A stretch of DNA of 64,000 nt from a bacterium (lineage in GTDB: Bacteria > UBA10199 > 2-02-FULL-50-16 > JAJFLM01): NCBI GenBank assembly GCA_965216315.1, contig CBDCFN010000016.1:1280001-1344000 (forward strand). The letters are read 5' to 3'. The notes under the pieces are model-generated. The model saw only the letters and a list, made by a program, of their open reading frames with translations. It was not told where the DNA came from and did not search any database. The position numbers and the translations under genes were made by a program. This document shows positions 8,448 through 17,823 of this stretch, one piece after another (positions within the stretch are counted from its first letter, which is position 1; each line of letters begins with the position of its first letter).

Positions 8448-11400
8448 GCTCCATCGGTATTAACGTCGCCAAGCTGGGCTGGGCGGGTACTGCTGCTTAC
8501 AAAGCCGGCGCCTTTGCAACGGAGTTTGTGGGCTTCTCTGTATTTGAAGGCTTGAGTCATGCCTATAATAAAATTTCCAAGGATGGGCTGAGCCTTGACG
8601 CCTTAGCCAACTTCGGAAAGGCGTTTACGCCCAAGGCCATGTTGGATCGTGCCGCCTTCATCTTCTTTTTAAAGGTCGGAAACTTCTTGGCGAAGCCGCT
8701 GAGCGAGGCCGTGCAGGGCAAGGTTATGAAGTTTGTCAATGCGCGTTATGCCAAGGAATTTGCGGCGATACGATCCGAGCTCGATTTAGCAACTAAGGAC
8801 ATGGATGCCCTGATGAAGGGGCGGGATAATGCCGCGGCGCTCAAAATAGTGGCCCGTTACGAAAAGGCTTTGTCCCAATTCGGCAAGTTTCTCGAATTAT
8901 CGGGTCAGACAAACGGTTCAGAGGCCAAGAGTCTCAAGTCTTATCTGGAAGGGATTAGTCAGTTGAAGGCGGAACTGAAGGCCCATGAAAAGATATTCGG
9001 CACGGAAAGCATCGCGGACGTCAAAGTATGCCGGGATGGCTTTAGCTATGACATAAGCAAACAAAGTGACTTGGTCTCCGTATTAAAGAGTCTGCCGGGG
9101 TTAAAGATTGAAATCGGCTCCGAAGGGCGCGTTGTGACCCGAAGTCCGGAAGGCAGTGTGTGGGTCTTTCATCCGTCGAGTGTTAAAGGATCGACTCACC
9201 TTACGGTTGCGGCGAAGCGTAATCTTAAGCCGGTAGATCACTCAACCACGAAAACGAAGACGGATCCGATATTTGTTAAGCTCAGCGACCTCCATATGGC
9301 TGGCATCAAATCGCAACATCCGTTGGTCGTTAACGTCATCACCCCGAACCGAAATCACAACCTGGATTATTCCGAGTCATTTAGAGCGAATGTGCTGACT
9401 GGAAAACACGGTACCGATGCCTCGATAGCGCCCGAAATGGCGACTCATGTCTGGGTCGTGGTGCGTGACGCCGTGGCGGCGCGAGAAGTATTGAAACGCG
9501 TGACCGGCAGTGAAACCGGGCAGCTCCCGGAGCGGTTTAAACTGATTGCTCAGGCGGAGTTTGATGCGAATAAGCGAGTAACGGACGCCATCTACGATAC
9601 AATGTACGATGCGCACACCAAGCGACTCAAAGGGACTCCTTGTTCGGGTACCGAACTCGCTTTGATTCGTAACTTTGCCCGACGCTATGAAGCCTGGTTG
9701 GCCGGCAAAACGGCTCACCAACCCAAAACGAGTGCGCTCATTGAGAATCATCCTATTGTCAAGGCCCTGCGAAAGCTTTCGCGTCCTCACGGTCCGCATT
9801 ACTATCGGGATGCGGCTTTTTATGATGCGCTGCCGGCAGGTGGTAAGGTGATCGACGGGGTACCGTACTTTCCACTCATCAAGAATATTAAGGGCCATAA
9901 GTTTCAGCTCGGTTCCGGTCAGACGGTTGAATTCACCGGCCGGGTCTTTGGTCAAGGCAGCGCCTCGACGGTTTATGAGGCGAAGCTGACCAATAGTAAG
10001 GGAGAGGTAACTACCGTCGCCGTTAAAATCCGCGATCATGCAATGGGTGCCGATCCTCTGCACATTGCTAAAGAAATCCGCAATGTTCAGCTGGCAGCAC
10101 GTGAAAAGCTCGGTGGGGTGCAATTTTTTGGTGCTGCCAAAGTGGACGGCCGCTTGGCTATCGTGACGAACGTGACGCCGGGTGTGGATTTCGGACGGGC
10201 GAATCCGCATTGGATTAATGGGACGACAGTCAAGGAGATGAATATCCTGTTTGATAAAATCGAAAGGATCGGGCTTAAGCCTGGTGATTTTCAAGTTACG
10301 ATTGACCGCGACGGTCGGGTTCATCTGATGGACCTTGAAGGCTTGCATGTGACCGGTCTTAAACAGGGGTTCTCGCGCTGGGAGGCGATGGAAGCCCTGT
10401 TGTTGCGCCGTCAAAAGGCGGGCCTCAACACGGATGTTATTATCAGTCATTTAAGTACGGCCCAAAAAATCGCCTTCGCGACGCATTTGGTTCAGAATCG
10501 CGGCTGGAAATCGCCCCAGGTCGCCAAAGTATTCGGCCCGAACATTTTCGATAGTCATTACCGCGGCAAGGTCGATAAAGGATCTGTCGCTGTTCTCTCG
10601 AATAAGGCAAAGGGCGAGATTAAAAGCCCGGAACCGGAACCCGCCTGGATGCGTTCGGCGATTGATTTTCAGTCTTTTGTCGTCAGGACGGGCGCTGATG
10701 TCCGTGGCTTTGTGAAATTCTTCAGACCTGAGAATGATGGCCATTACGAATTCAATAAGACGGTGGATTATATCGCTAAAACGGACCTGAATACACTTAT
10801 GACGGAATTTGGGTGGACGCGGGAGCAGGCAACTCGCATTAAAGAGGATGCATCTACCTTTCGCCCTAACTTGAATCTCGTAACGAAGTGGAACGATCAA
10901 TTTCATAGCAAAAAACAGGATGCAGCAGCCATAAAACGGGACATTTTATCAAGGCTTTCGGAAGCTGACTGCGCACGTCTTAATCGTAAAATGAAGGCGA
11001 TTGTTACACAAGGCAGGCAGGGTAACTCGAAGGTGACAATTCCCATGTTGATTGAAGCCTATATTTCGGCACACCTGAGAGGCTCGTGGTTCAATAAAGC
11101 CGTACTTTCCTATATGGACATCTTAAAGAAGGCCGAGAACACCTTTCTGTCACTACAAGCCGACCTTACAAGCAATGTTGTGGCAGATCGTTCGGTTTCA
11201 TTTGAGCTCAGTTATCCAACTATGAAGCAGGTACTGCAGAAACGTTACATTGATCCGGCAAATCCTGATCAGAGTTTTTCGAATGGATCACCTGAGTCAT
11301 GGGCCGGTCAATTGATTGCGGTAGAATTTTATAGCCCGCATCCGGATAAAAGTAGTGTTTTGTTGCTGGCTAAATTTAAGCAAAATAAAGGCTGGTCCGT

Positions 11401-11587
11401 CCAAGGAATGTCAACCGTTAACGGGCAACGACTTGTGGTTACAATACCACCGAAGCAAGCGCCGGCGGCTATGGCTATGGGCTTCTTCTCGCCGGTCGAT
11501 ATGCAGCCGGGTCAAGCGGTGACAATAACGATTAACATAAGTAAAGTTCCAAGCAAACCAGCCTTGAAAACAGCGCAGGGAGAGTAG
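8438..11587 (+). CDS. Giant protein, C-terminal part: rest of the core, kinase-like domain, WKS module, unknown C-terminal domains
   Basis: Frame open from 8438. GQGSASTVY...VAVK...PGDFQ...LMDLEG kinase-like motifs at ~9950-10340. Confidence 0.75.
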   Translation, partial: STLSSIGINVAKLGWAGTAAYKAGAFATEFVGFSVFEGLSHAYNKISKDGLSLDALANFGKAFTPKAMLDRAAFIFFLKVGNFLAKPLSEAVQGKVMKFVNARYAKEFAAIRSELDLATKDMDALMKGRDNAAALKIVARYEKALSQFGKFLELSGQTNGSEAKSLKSYLEGISQLKAELKAHEKIFGTESIADVKVCRDGFSYDISKQSDLVSVLKSLPGLKIEIGSEGRVVTRSPEGSVWVFHPSSVKGSTHLTVAAKRNLKPVDHSTTKTKTDPIFVKLSDLHMAGIKSQHPLVVNVITPNRNHNLDYSESFRANVLTGKHGTDASIAPEMATHVWVVVRDAVAAREVLKRVTGSETGQLPERFKLIAQAEFDANKRVTDAIYDTMYDAHTKRLKGTPCSGTELALIRNFARRYEAWLAGKTAHQPKTSALIENHPIVKALRKLSRPHGPHYYRDAAFYDALPAGGKVIDGVPYFPLIKNIKGHKFQLGSGQTVEFTGRVFGQGSASTVYEAKLTNSKGEVTTVAVKIRDHAMGADPLHIAKEIRNVQLAAREKLGGVQFFGAAKVDGRLAIVTNVTPGVDFGRANPHWINGTTVKEMNILFDKIERIGLKPGDFQVTIDRDGRVHLMDLEGLHVTGLKQGFSRWEAMEALLLRRQKAGLNTDVIISHLSTAQKIAFATHLVQNRGWKSPQVAKVFGPNIFDSHYRGKVDKGSVAVLSNKAKGEIKSPEPEPAWMRSAIDFQSFVVRTGADVRGFVKFFRPENDGHYEFNKTVDYIAKTDLNTLMTEFGWTREQATRIKEDASTFRPNLNLVTKWNDQFHSKKQDAAAIKRDILSRLSEADCARLNRKMKAIVTQGRQGNSKVTIPMLIEAYISAHLRGSWFNKAVLSYMDILKKAENTFLSLQADLTSNVVADRSVSFELSYPTMKQVLQKRYIDPANPDQSFSNGSPESWAGQLIAVEFYSPHPDKSSVLLLAKFKQNKGWSVQGMSTVNGQRLVVTIPPKQAPAAMAMGFFSPVDMQPGQAVTITINISKVPSKPALKTAQGE

Positions 11588-11637
11588 TTTGAGAATTTTC
11601 ACGGCATGGCGATATTGCCGCGTATTGTCATAAAAGA

Positions 11638-11664
11638 GCAACAATTGGCCTTCTAAGTCGATAG
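11638..11664 (+). promoter_or_regulatory. Sigma-28-like promoter GCAACAAT-N11-GTCGATAG
   Basis: Recurring motif, 10 nt before ATG 11675. Confidence 0.6.
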
Positions 11665-11674
11665 GAGACCTGGT

Positions 11675-12913
11675 ATGTCATTAGGTGCGACATCATTCGT
11701 AAATGGCCTGCTGTGTCCCATGCTGCTGGCTGCCGGGTCGAAAGGTCCGCCGACCAAGCCACCGGATATTGCGCGCTCGGATACCTTGGAGGCCCCGCTC
11801 TCTACCGAACAACGTCGACGGGCCCATTCGCTCGTACAAAAAGACGCGCACAAGGCAACGCAGGAACTCTCTCCCGTGATTATCCTCATGGTTCAACATC
11901 TGGACCGCGACCGGCTGTACCGCGTTCAAATGCTCTTATTTGCGTTGGCCGCCTTACTGGAAGATCCGTTAAACGACGTCATACCGTGGATTGACGAGTG
12001 CGAGCGGATGGAGACCATCCAGAACAAGCAATTAAATCGGTTGAGTCGGGAATTAAATAGCGAAGTGCGGGCCAAACAGCTTTCACTCGAAGAACAGCAA
12101 ACCATCACGAATAATGTACAAGGGGATCAACGGCGTCTCTACCGGGCGTCCCGGGTGATCAGAAGCCTGGATCGCTGGATGAAAGATGCACAGAACAGCG
12201 AACAAAACGTGCGTATCCGGAAAGCGCTCACCTTTTTATGCTCCATTCCGGAGTTCGGTTCCAAGATATCCTTACCGGAACGGGATGCGAGACCCGTTAC
12301 TGATTTTGAATTGTTGCAGGAGTTAAATCCCTATTTTACCGATGAGGATAGACGGATCTTTCAGCGCGCCGGTTGGGGGCGGATCCGCAACCGCACCATT
12401 GCGTTCGATATCGATGCGACGCTCGCGGATGCACGTTTCAGGCCAGTTGCCATGGACGAGCTGGCCAAGGCACCGGACAAATACGAAGTTGCCAAACAAG
12501 ATCTTATTTATCAATTCCGCACGATTCGTCTGCCGTATCGCGGGATACAGGCCCTCTTGTTAGGGCTCGCCGCCGCGGGCAATCGTCTCGCGTTGCTCAC
12601 CGTTGCCAAGAATCTCCCCGGCAACCTCGAAAGTTTTCTCAACGATTTTCCCTTGCTCAAGTTGGCGCTTGATCTCGTACCCCGCGATGATCCGTTCCGC
12701 CTGTTGACGGTCGAGGAACTGGATGCTTCTCCGCGGATTCATAGCGGGCTGTCACGAAAATATCCGACCAAAGAGTGCTTCTTTCATGTCCTGGTCGACG
12801 ACGAAGAACAATACGCGGACGACATGGAAAGAATGGGCCTGGGACGCCGCTGGGTCGCGCCCGGTCCGACGGCCATGGAGACCCTGCAGCGCCTCGAAGA
12901 CTACTTTGCCTGA
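11675..12913 (+). CDS. Coiled-coil N-terminus plus C-terminal HAD-like phosphatase domain
   Basis: IAFDIDATL (HAD motif I), LLT (motif II), K, VLVDD (motif IV). Confidence 0.65.
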   Translation: MSLGATSFVNGLLCPMLLAAGSKGPPTKPPDIARSDTLEAPLSTEQRRRAHSLVQKDAHKATQELSPVIILMVQHLDRDRLYRVQMLLFALAALLEDPLNDVIPWIDECERMETIQNKQLNRLSRELNSEVRAKQLSLEEQQTITNNVQGDQRRLYRASRVIRSLDRWMKDAQNSEQNVRIRKALTFLCSIPEFGSKISLPERDARPVTDFELLQELNPYFTDEDRRIFQRAGWGRIRNRTIAFDIDATLADARFRPVAMDELAKAPDKYEVAKQDLIYQFRTIRLPYRGIQALLLGLAAAGNRLALLTVAKNLPGNLESFLNDFPLLKLALDLVPRDDPFRLLTVEELDASPRIHSGLSRKYPTKECFFHVLVDDEEQYADDMERMGLGRRWVAPGPTAMETLQRLEDYFA

Positions 12914-12915
12914 CC

Positions 12916-12977
12916 GTGTTCAACTGTCCACTGAAAGCGCGGTTTTCGCCCAACTGAGTTCTATCAATTGCCGATAA
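12916..12977 (+). promoter_or_regulatory. Upstream box GTGTTCAACTGTCCACTGAAAGC plus GCCGATAA -10
   Basis: Near-identical copy of the 5616-5677 architecture. Confidence 0.7.
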
Positions 12978-13058
12978 TTAAGATAACGCAGCAATAGTGC
13001 GAATTGGGTGTAACTTTTTGAAAATATTGACTTAACCAGAGAGTCCTGGAGGTGTGTC

Positions 13059-13874
13059 ATGGCAGTGCAAGGTGTAGATCGAGTCGAGTCTGGGGTTAAA
13101 TCACAATTAGAGCATAGGCCTTTGGTGATGCCGGCGGAAACTTCCCATATCGGAAAATCTGTGGCCGCTGATAAATTCAGTGCACGTGCGACCAATAGAC
13201 AAATGTTGGCGAATCTCAATGGGGGTGGTTCTACGGCCCTTCGTCGGACGCCACCGAGCACCATTGAATTTCGCCGCGTTAAAACACCGAGTGGCAAGCA
13301 AACCGTTAGTGGCTTGGCCGTTAGAACGCAGATCAATGGGATCAGCTATGAGATAGAAGGCTATAACGTCTTTCACGCCTTCCGTTACCGTCGTGTCGGT
13401 ACGATGCGATGGACGAATGTCACCAAGGGACGTAGGGATCCCCTACAAGCCGAGATAAAAAAGGCGTGGTATAATACGGTACGCGGGGAGACGCGCTTCG
13501 AATCCAAACTCTACGCCGATATTTGGTATAGTTCAAGGTCGGGAAGGGGAGTGGCACGGCGTCATATTGGCCGTAACGGCAATGCAAGCCGTGCATTTTA
13601 TCGCTATGGTTCCTATCAAGGACCGGTGTTCAAGCGAGGTAACGATTATGTCCTATTCCATAGGAGTGGCAATAGCCCTTTTCCAAAATATCACATGATT
13701 GTCGGTACGGGGATCAATGAGCAGACCGGGCAGTTGACGGGAGTGCGTCTAGTGACCCCTTTACGTATCCGTGGTATAACCTCAATGCAACACTGGTTGA
13801 GTCTTTCCTCGCATGTTGCGAGTTGGCCCAAAGCTCGAGTCCCTTCACCGACGGGTTACGCCGGCTCTCACTAA
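13059..13874 (+). CDS. Hypothetical, Arg-rich basic protein
   Basis: 271-aa ORF with GGAGG RBS before the ATG. Confidence 0.7.
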   Translation: MAVQGVDRVESGVKSQLEHRPLVMPAETSHIGKSVAADKFSARATNRQMLANLNGGGSTALRRTPPSTIEFRRVKTPSGKQTVSGLAVRTQINGISYEIEGYNVFHAFRYRRVGTMRWTNVTKGRRDPLQAEIKKAWYNTVRGETRFESKLYADIWYSSRSGRGVARRHIGRNGNASRAFYRYGSYQGPVFKRGNDYVLFHRSGNSPFPKYHMIVGTGINEQTGQLTGVRLVTPLRIRGITSMQHWLSLSSHVASWPKARVPSPTGYAGSH

Positions 13875-13875
13875 C

Positions 13876-14883
13876 TCAGAGCTGATGCGCTAGGAGTTGC
13901 GCCGCTGTGAAATGCGGTCGTAGTTCTAGGGCCGCTTTGTTAAGACGTCGAGCTGCTGAGGACTTAGCTCCCATCACATGATAGAGGCGGGCGAGGTTGA
14001 AATAGCTATCGGCAAACTTGGGAGCATAGGCGAGGGCCTGACGGTAATGCATTTCCATCAGTCCTGCGACAACACAACTGCCGAGAGCGGCCAGCCCATT
14101 CAATATCCCATCATCATGGCGCGAATAGTTTAAGAGTCCCTCTAAGAGTCCATTCAAATGAAAGGCCTGGGTGTTTTCATAGACCGCTAACATCGCTGTC
14201 GCTGAAATTCGTTCCGTACCGGGATGCGCCTTGCCGAGAAAACCACGATGGTAGAGATCGATTTGCGTCAAATGTTCAGGTCTCTGCGGATCGAGGGCGA
14301 CACCGACACAGATATGATAGGTGATACTCGAGTCAAGGGCATGCTGCGTCACTCGTAGAAATTGTGGTTGGAAGCCGGCGAGGCGGAGCACTGCATAGGC
14401 AAAACGAGACAGTTCGGTACAATCTCCCGGAGCGCCGTTGAGCAGGGCAAGGTTGTCACTTTCATAAGGGACGTAATTGCGCTTTTGAACACGCTGTTCC
14501 ATCCACGTGACGATGCGGCGGAGATAATCGCGCTCAAAAGTTAAAGTATTACCTGAGGGGTGGGGAATTTCACTTTTAATCTGATCGAGTTGCTTCTTTA
14601 AGTTCAAGAGAGCTCTATCATCTTCGCGTGTCTGTGGATCAAAGTCATTAAAGAGCCAGGGCAGCCGGAAGGAGTTTTGGACTGAAACCAGATCGGTGAA
14701 GGGTCGTGGAACCCGACCATTGCCGTGGGCAAAGCGATCTTCCTCGCTTTCGAGCCTTTTAATCGCTTGGGCATAAACAGCTGGAACATCGCCGCGTAAT
14801 TTTCTCCCGCTGCTGTGCCGTAAGAGCTGGCACAATCCGGAAGCCTCATTATTCTGTAATCGCTCGCACCCGATTTTTCGCAT
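13876..14883 (-). CDS. Transglutaminase-like (Cys-His-Asp) domain plus TPR
   Basis: GDCTELS...YHICVGV...QIDL triad pattern. C-terminal ALAYAPKFADSYFNLARLY TPR. Confidence 0.75.
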   Translation of the reverse strand: MRKIGCERLQNNEASGLCQLLRHSSGRKLRGDVPAVYAQAIKRLESEEDRFAHGNGRVPRPFTDLVSVQNSFRLPWLFNDFDPQTREDDRALLNLKKQLDQIKSEIPHPSGNTLTFERDYLRRIVTWMEQRVQKRNYVPYESDNLALLNGAPGDCTELSRFAYAVLRLAGFQPQFLRVTQHALDSSITYHICVGVALDPQRPEHLTQIDLYHRGFLGKAHPGTERISATAMLAVYENTQAFHLNGLLEGLLNYSRHDDGILNGLAALGSCVVAGLMEMHYRQALAYAPKFADSYFNLARLYHVMGAKSSAARRLNKAALELRPHFTAAQLLAHQL

Positions 14884-14909
14884 CGCACCCGTGTCCCTTT
14901 GCAGTTCAT

Positions 14910-14936
14910 TTATCTCCGCTTTATCCGGAAAGTTGC
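14910..14936 (-). promoter_or_regulatory. Sigma-28-like promoter GCAACTTT-N11-GGAGATAA
   Basis: Recurring motif, upstream of the transglutaminase gene. Confidence 0.55.
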
Positions 14937-14948
14937 GTCCTCATTAAC

Positions 14949-15042
14949 TGTATCGTTTCGATACAGCCTGGGGACTCCTCCCACCTCAAGATATCCCTAA
15001 CTAACCAATATTACTTAAGAATAGTTTGGCACTCTCCTTGCT
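14949..15042 (+). promoter_or_regulatory. Sigma-54 promoter TGGCAC-TCTCC-TTGCT (15027-15042) with palindrome TGTATCG-TTT-CGATACA (14949-14965)
   Basis: Canonical -24/-12 consensus. Perfect inverted repeat starts 78 bp upstream. Confidence 0.8.
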
Positions 15043-15084
15043 CTATAGAGGGGCAGAATTACTGTTCACGCATGGAGGTTTCCA

Positions 15085-15522
15085 ATGAGTTTTTTAACCG
15101 TCGCCGCACCTATCCTACACGCCGTTGCAAATGGCTTATCAGGAGTCGCTCAAGCTACTGCAGCAACCGCTCCTGCACAGCCGGCGAACAATGCAAATGG
15201 CAATGCCAGGTTTATTGCGGATGCGAAGCCAAATGATGCGCTACGCGTTGTGGAGCAACGCAATACTGATAATCAAGCGGGTGGTTTGCTCATCCAACCC
15301 AATCGCGGCACCGGTGGCTTCAATGTCTATTACAAGAAGGGGATGAAGGGCAAAGAAATCGTCATTCATAAACACAAACGCAATGCGACTGCGGCGGACA
15401 AGCCCAGTCTCATCTACCGCGGTGCCAAGATCACCGAAAATGAGAATGGGTATCACAATCTGAAATTACCGACCCCTGAAGAAGGCTACTATTACACGGC
15501 GCAGATCGTCGAAGCGAGTTAA
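15085..15522 (+). CDS. Hypothetical protein with Ala-rich N-terminus
   Basis: 145-aa ORF with GGAGG RBS, downstream of a sigma-54 promoter. Confidence 0.7.
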   Translation: MSFLTVAAPILHAVANGLSGVAQATAATAPAQPANNANGNARFIADAKPNDALRVVEQRNTDNQAGGLLIQPNRGTGGFNVYYKKGMKGKEIVIHKHKRNATAADKPSLIYRGAKITENENGYHNLKLPTPEEGYYYTAQIVEAS

Positions 15523-15559
15523 CAGCTGAACTACTATCAAATCAGAAAAGGATAAGATC

Positions 15560-17467
15560 ATGAATTTTCAATCACAACTTCGATATATCATTGCAATCGC
15601 TGTTTTCGCTTTAGCGACGGCCCTTGTTCATCACACGGCCTTTGCCGGTCCGGCCGATCTTGATACGGAATTTGCTGACAACGGGGTGATGACGTTGGAT
15701 TTTGGGCTTGAAGAGCAAGCCAGTGTTTTACTTATTGAGGAAGATTTGAACGGCCTGCGTTTTGTCGTGGCCGGTCGTCAGTGCAAGCTCGGTGATTTCG
15801 GGGACTGCGACTTTCTCGTCGCGCGCATCCAACATGATTTCCAAATGGATCAGAGTTTTGCGTCCGATGGCTGGACGACAGCCTCCATGGGCATGTCTAG
15901 TTACGTCAGCGCGGCGGCCTTTACGCCTTCCGGTGAAGTTTTAGTCGTCGGTGACAGAAAGGAAGATGAATTGATCGGGGTGGACCATGACTTCGCGTTG
16001 GCTCAATTCAATGAAACAGGCGAACTCGATACGTCATTCCACAGTGACGGTAAGGTCATGACCGGTTTCGGTGATTATGAAACGCCCTGGGATGTTGCCA
16101 TACAACCTGATGGCAAAATTATTACCATCGGTCGTCAATATCAGACTCCGACGTTTGGCGATACGGATTACGACTTCGCTATAGCGCGATATCATGCGGA
16201 TGGATCCTTAGATAAGAGCTTTGACGATAACGGGAAGCTGGTTAAAGGTTTCGGAAAGGACGATCATGCCTACGCCGTCGCGCTGCAAGTCGACGGGAAA
16301 ATTGTCGTTGCCGGACAAACCGGACGCAACTTTATCGTGGTACGCTTCAATCAAGATGGGCGTTTAGACAAAGGCTTTGGCGATGACGGCAAGGTCGTTG
16401 CCCAATGGGGATCCGGTGAGATCTACGAAGAGGCCAATGATATCGTAATTACTGCGAATGGTCAGATCCTGGTCTCAGGGGTCGCAACGATCGGCGGCAA
16501 CAATGATTTTTTGGTAGCGAGACTCAATGCCGATGGGTCTTTTGATAGTTCGTTTGGCTCAGGCGGTTGGATTGCCGCTGATTTTGACGGCCGGAATGAT
16601 CGCGCGGATACGCTGATGATCGATGATGAAGGGCGTATTCTCTTAACCGGCTGTTCTCAGCAAAAGTTTGCCGTGGCCCGTTTTTTTCAAAATGGCATGC
16701 CGGATAAATCTTTTGGCGACGGTGGCCAAGCCTTGAATGAGGACCAAGACTGTGGCGCAGCCGCCCTGGGACCCGGTGGCCGTATCTTTGTCGCGCACTC
16801 TGTAGACAATGGAAATAACTCAGATGTGCAACTCGTCGCCTTTAAAGGCAGCTCAGAGGAGAATGGCTTTTCCTTGGATTTGACTGATTTAGCCGTTGAT
16901 GCCCAGGAGCTCGTCCCGGTCTACAAGGCGGACCTGCGGCTTGAAATAAGCGATGCGCAGGATCCGGTCGAAAGTGGCTCCGAGCTGGGTTATGCGATTC
17001 GTATCAGCAATCTGGGGCCCAATCGTGCGGACAATATCGTCTTGTCAAATGAATTGCCGGCCGGTGTCAGCCTGAAAGAGATCGATTTCCCTATAGGTTC
17101 TTGTACAACGACAAATCCCATCGTCTGCAATTTTAGTGAATTAGCTGCTGGAGTAACGATGACGGGAACGATGCTCATCGAAGTAGGGGGAGCCGGTTTT
17201 ATCGAAACGACGATGACAATCACGAGTGATGTCATCGATCCTGAGCTGAACAACAATCAGGCTACCGAAATGACGGCGATAACACTGCCACCGTTGTCAC
17301 CTGAATCCACACCGCCGGAAACGACTGTCCCCACGGAACCGACGGTCACGACCCCGGAAGCCCCTGCGAATAGTGACGCGGCCGGTAATGTGGACGGACC
17401 GAGCTTCGCGGGCGAGAATACCAGTGCCCAACGTGCCGGCGGAGGATGCTCGCTAGTCCGGAGATAG
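15560..17467 (+). CDS. Secreted/surface protein: delta-60 repeats, DUF11 domain, Pro/Thr linker, GGGCSL C-terminal sorting tail
   Basis: Signal peptide, repeated ARxxxDGSLDxSFGxxG/QPDGKI, DLRLEISDAQDPV...NNQAT, and AGGGCSLVRR tail. Confidence 0.85.
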   Translation: MNFQSQLRYIIAIAVFALATALVHHTAFAGPADLDTEFADNGVMTLDFGLEEQASVLLIEEDLNGLRFVVAGRQCKLGDFGDCDFLVARIQHDFQMDQSFASDGWTTASMGMSSYVSAAAFTPSGEVLVVGDRKEDELIGVDHDFALAQFNETGELDTSFHSDGKVMTGFGDYETPWDVAIQPDGKIITIGRQYQTPTFGDTDYDFAIARYHADGSLDKSFDDNGKLVKGFGKDDHAYAVALQVDGKIVVAGQTGRNFIVVRFNQDGRLDKGFGDDGKVVAQWGSGEIYEEANDIVITANGQILVSGVATIGGNNDFLVARLNADGSFDSSFGSGGWIAADFDGRNDRADTLMIDDEGRILLTGCSQQKFAVARFFQNGMPDKSFGDGGQALNEDQDCGAAALGPGGRIFVAHSVDNGNNSDVQLVAFKGSSEENGFSLDLTDLAVDAQELVPVYKADLRLEISDAQDPVESGSELGYAIRISNLGPNRADNIVLSNELPAGVSLKEIDFPIGSCTTTNPIVCNFSELAAGVTMTGTMLIEVGGAGFIETTMTITSDVIDPELNNNQATEMTAITLPPLSPESTPPETTVPTEPTVTTPEAPANSDAAGNVDGPSFAGENTSAQRAGGGCSLVRR

Positions 17468-17686
17468 CAAGTGTCAGTCACAACCTAAACTTGCCGGCAA
17501 GGTGCGTTTCTACATCTAACGGGCAAGTCATTTTTCATTAAGGAAGATTGAAGGATGAAACACACAAGTGAATTTCACATAGATAAGCATATTCTAGTTG
17601 ATGAAAAGGATGCCAGATCTGAGGACGATCAAGCAAATCCTGTCCCGCCGGCAGAGGTTCCAGCGATAAAGTCGGCCAGCAAAAAA

Positions 17687-17781
17687 TGTATCGAAATGGT
17701 ACATATTGGGGTCTCGTTTCTGACGGATTAGCAATATAACTTATTGATATTATTTAATTATTACTTGGCACGGCACTTGCT
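17687..17781 (+). promoter_or_regulatory. Sigma-54 promoter TGGCAC-GGCAC-TTGCT (17766-17781) with TGTATCG-AAA-TGGTACA enhancer and IHF-like site
   Basis: Canonical -24/-12. Palindrome 79 bp upstream. TATCAATAAGTTA on the minus strand at ~17737-17750. Confidence 0.82.
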
Positions 17782-17823
17782 CTCTAAGTAAGCAGGAACC
17801 TGTAGTGCAAAGGAGATTTTGTC

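Noticed and set aside
9377..10906. Long antisense ORFs (357 aa and 151 aa) inside the 8438-11587 gene
   Set aside because: Shadow frames of a motif-bearing CDS, with no RBS or recognisable motifs.
17555..17731. ~58-codon ORF upstream of 17824
   Set aside because: Overlaps the enhancer palindrome of the sigma-54 promoter and has no recognisable features.
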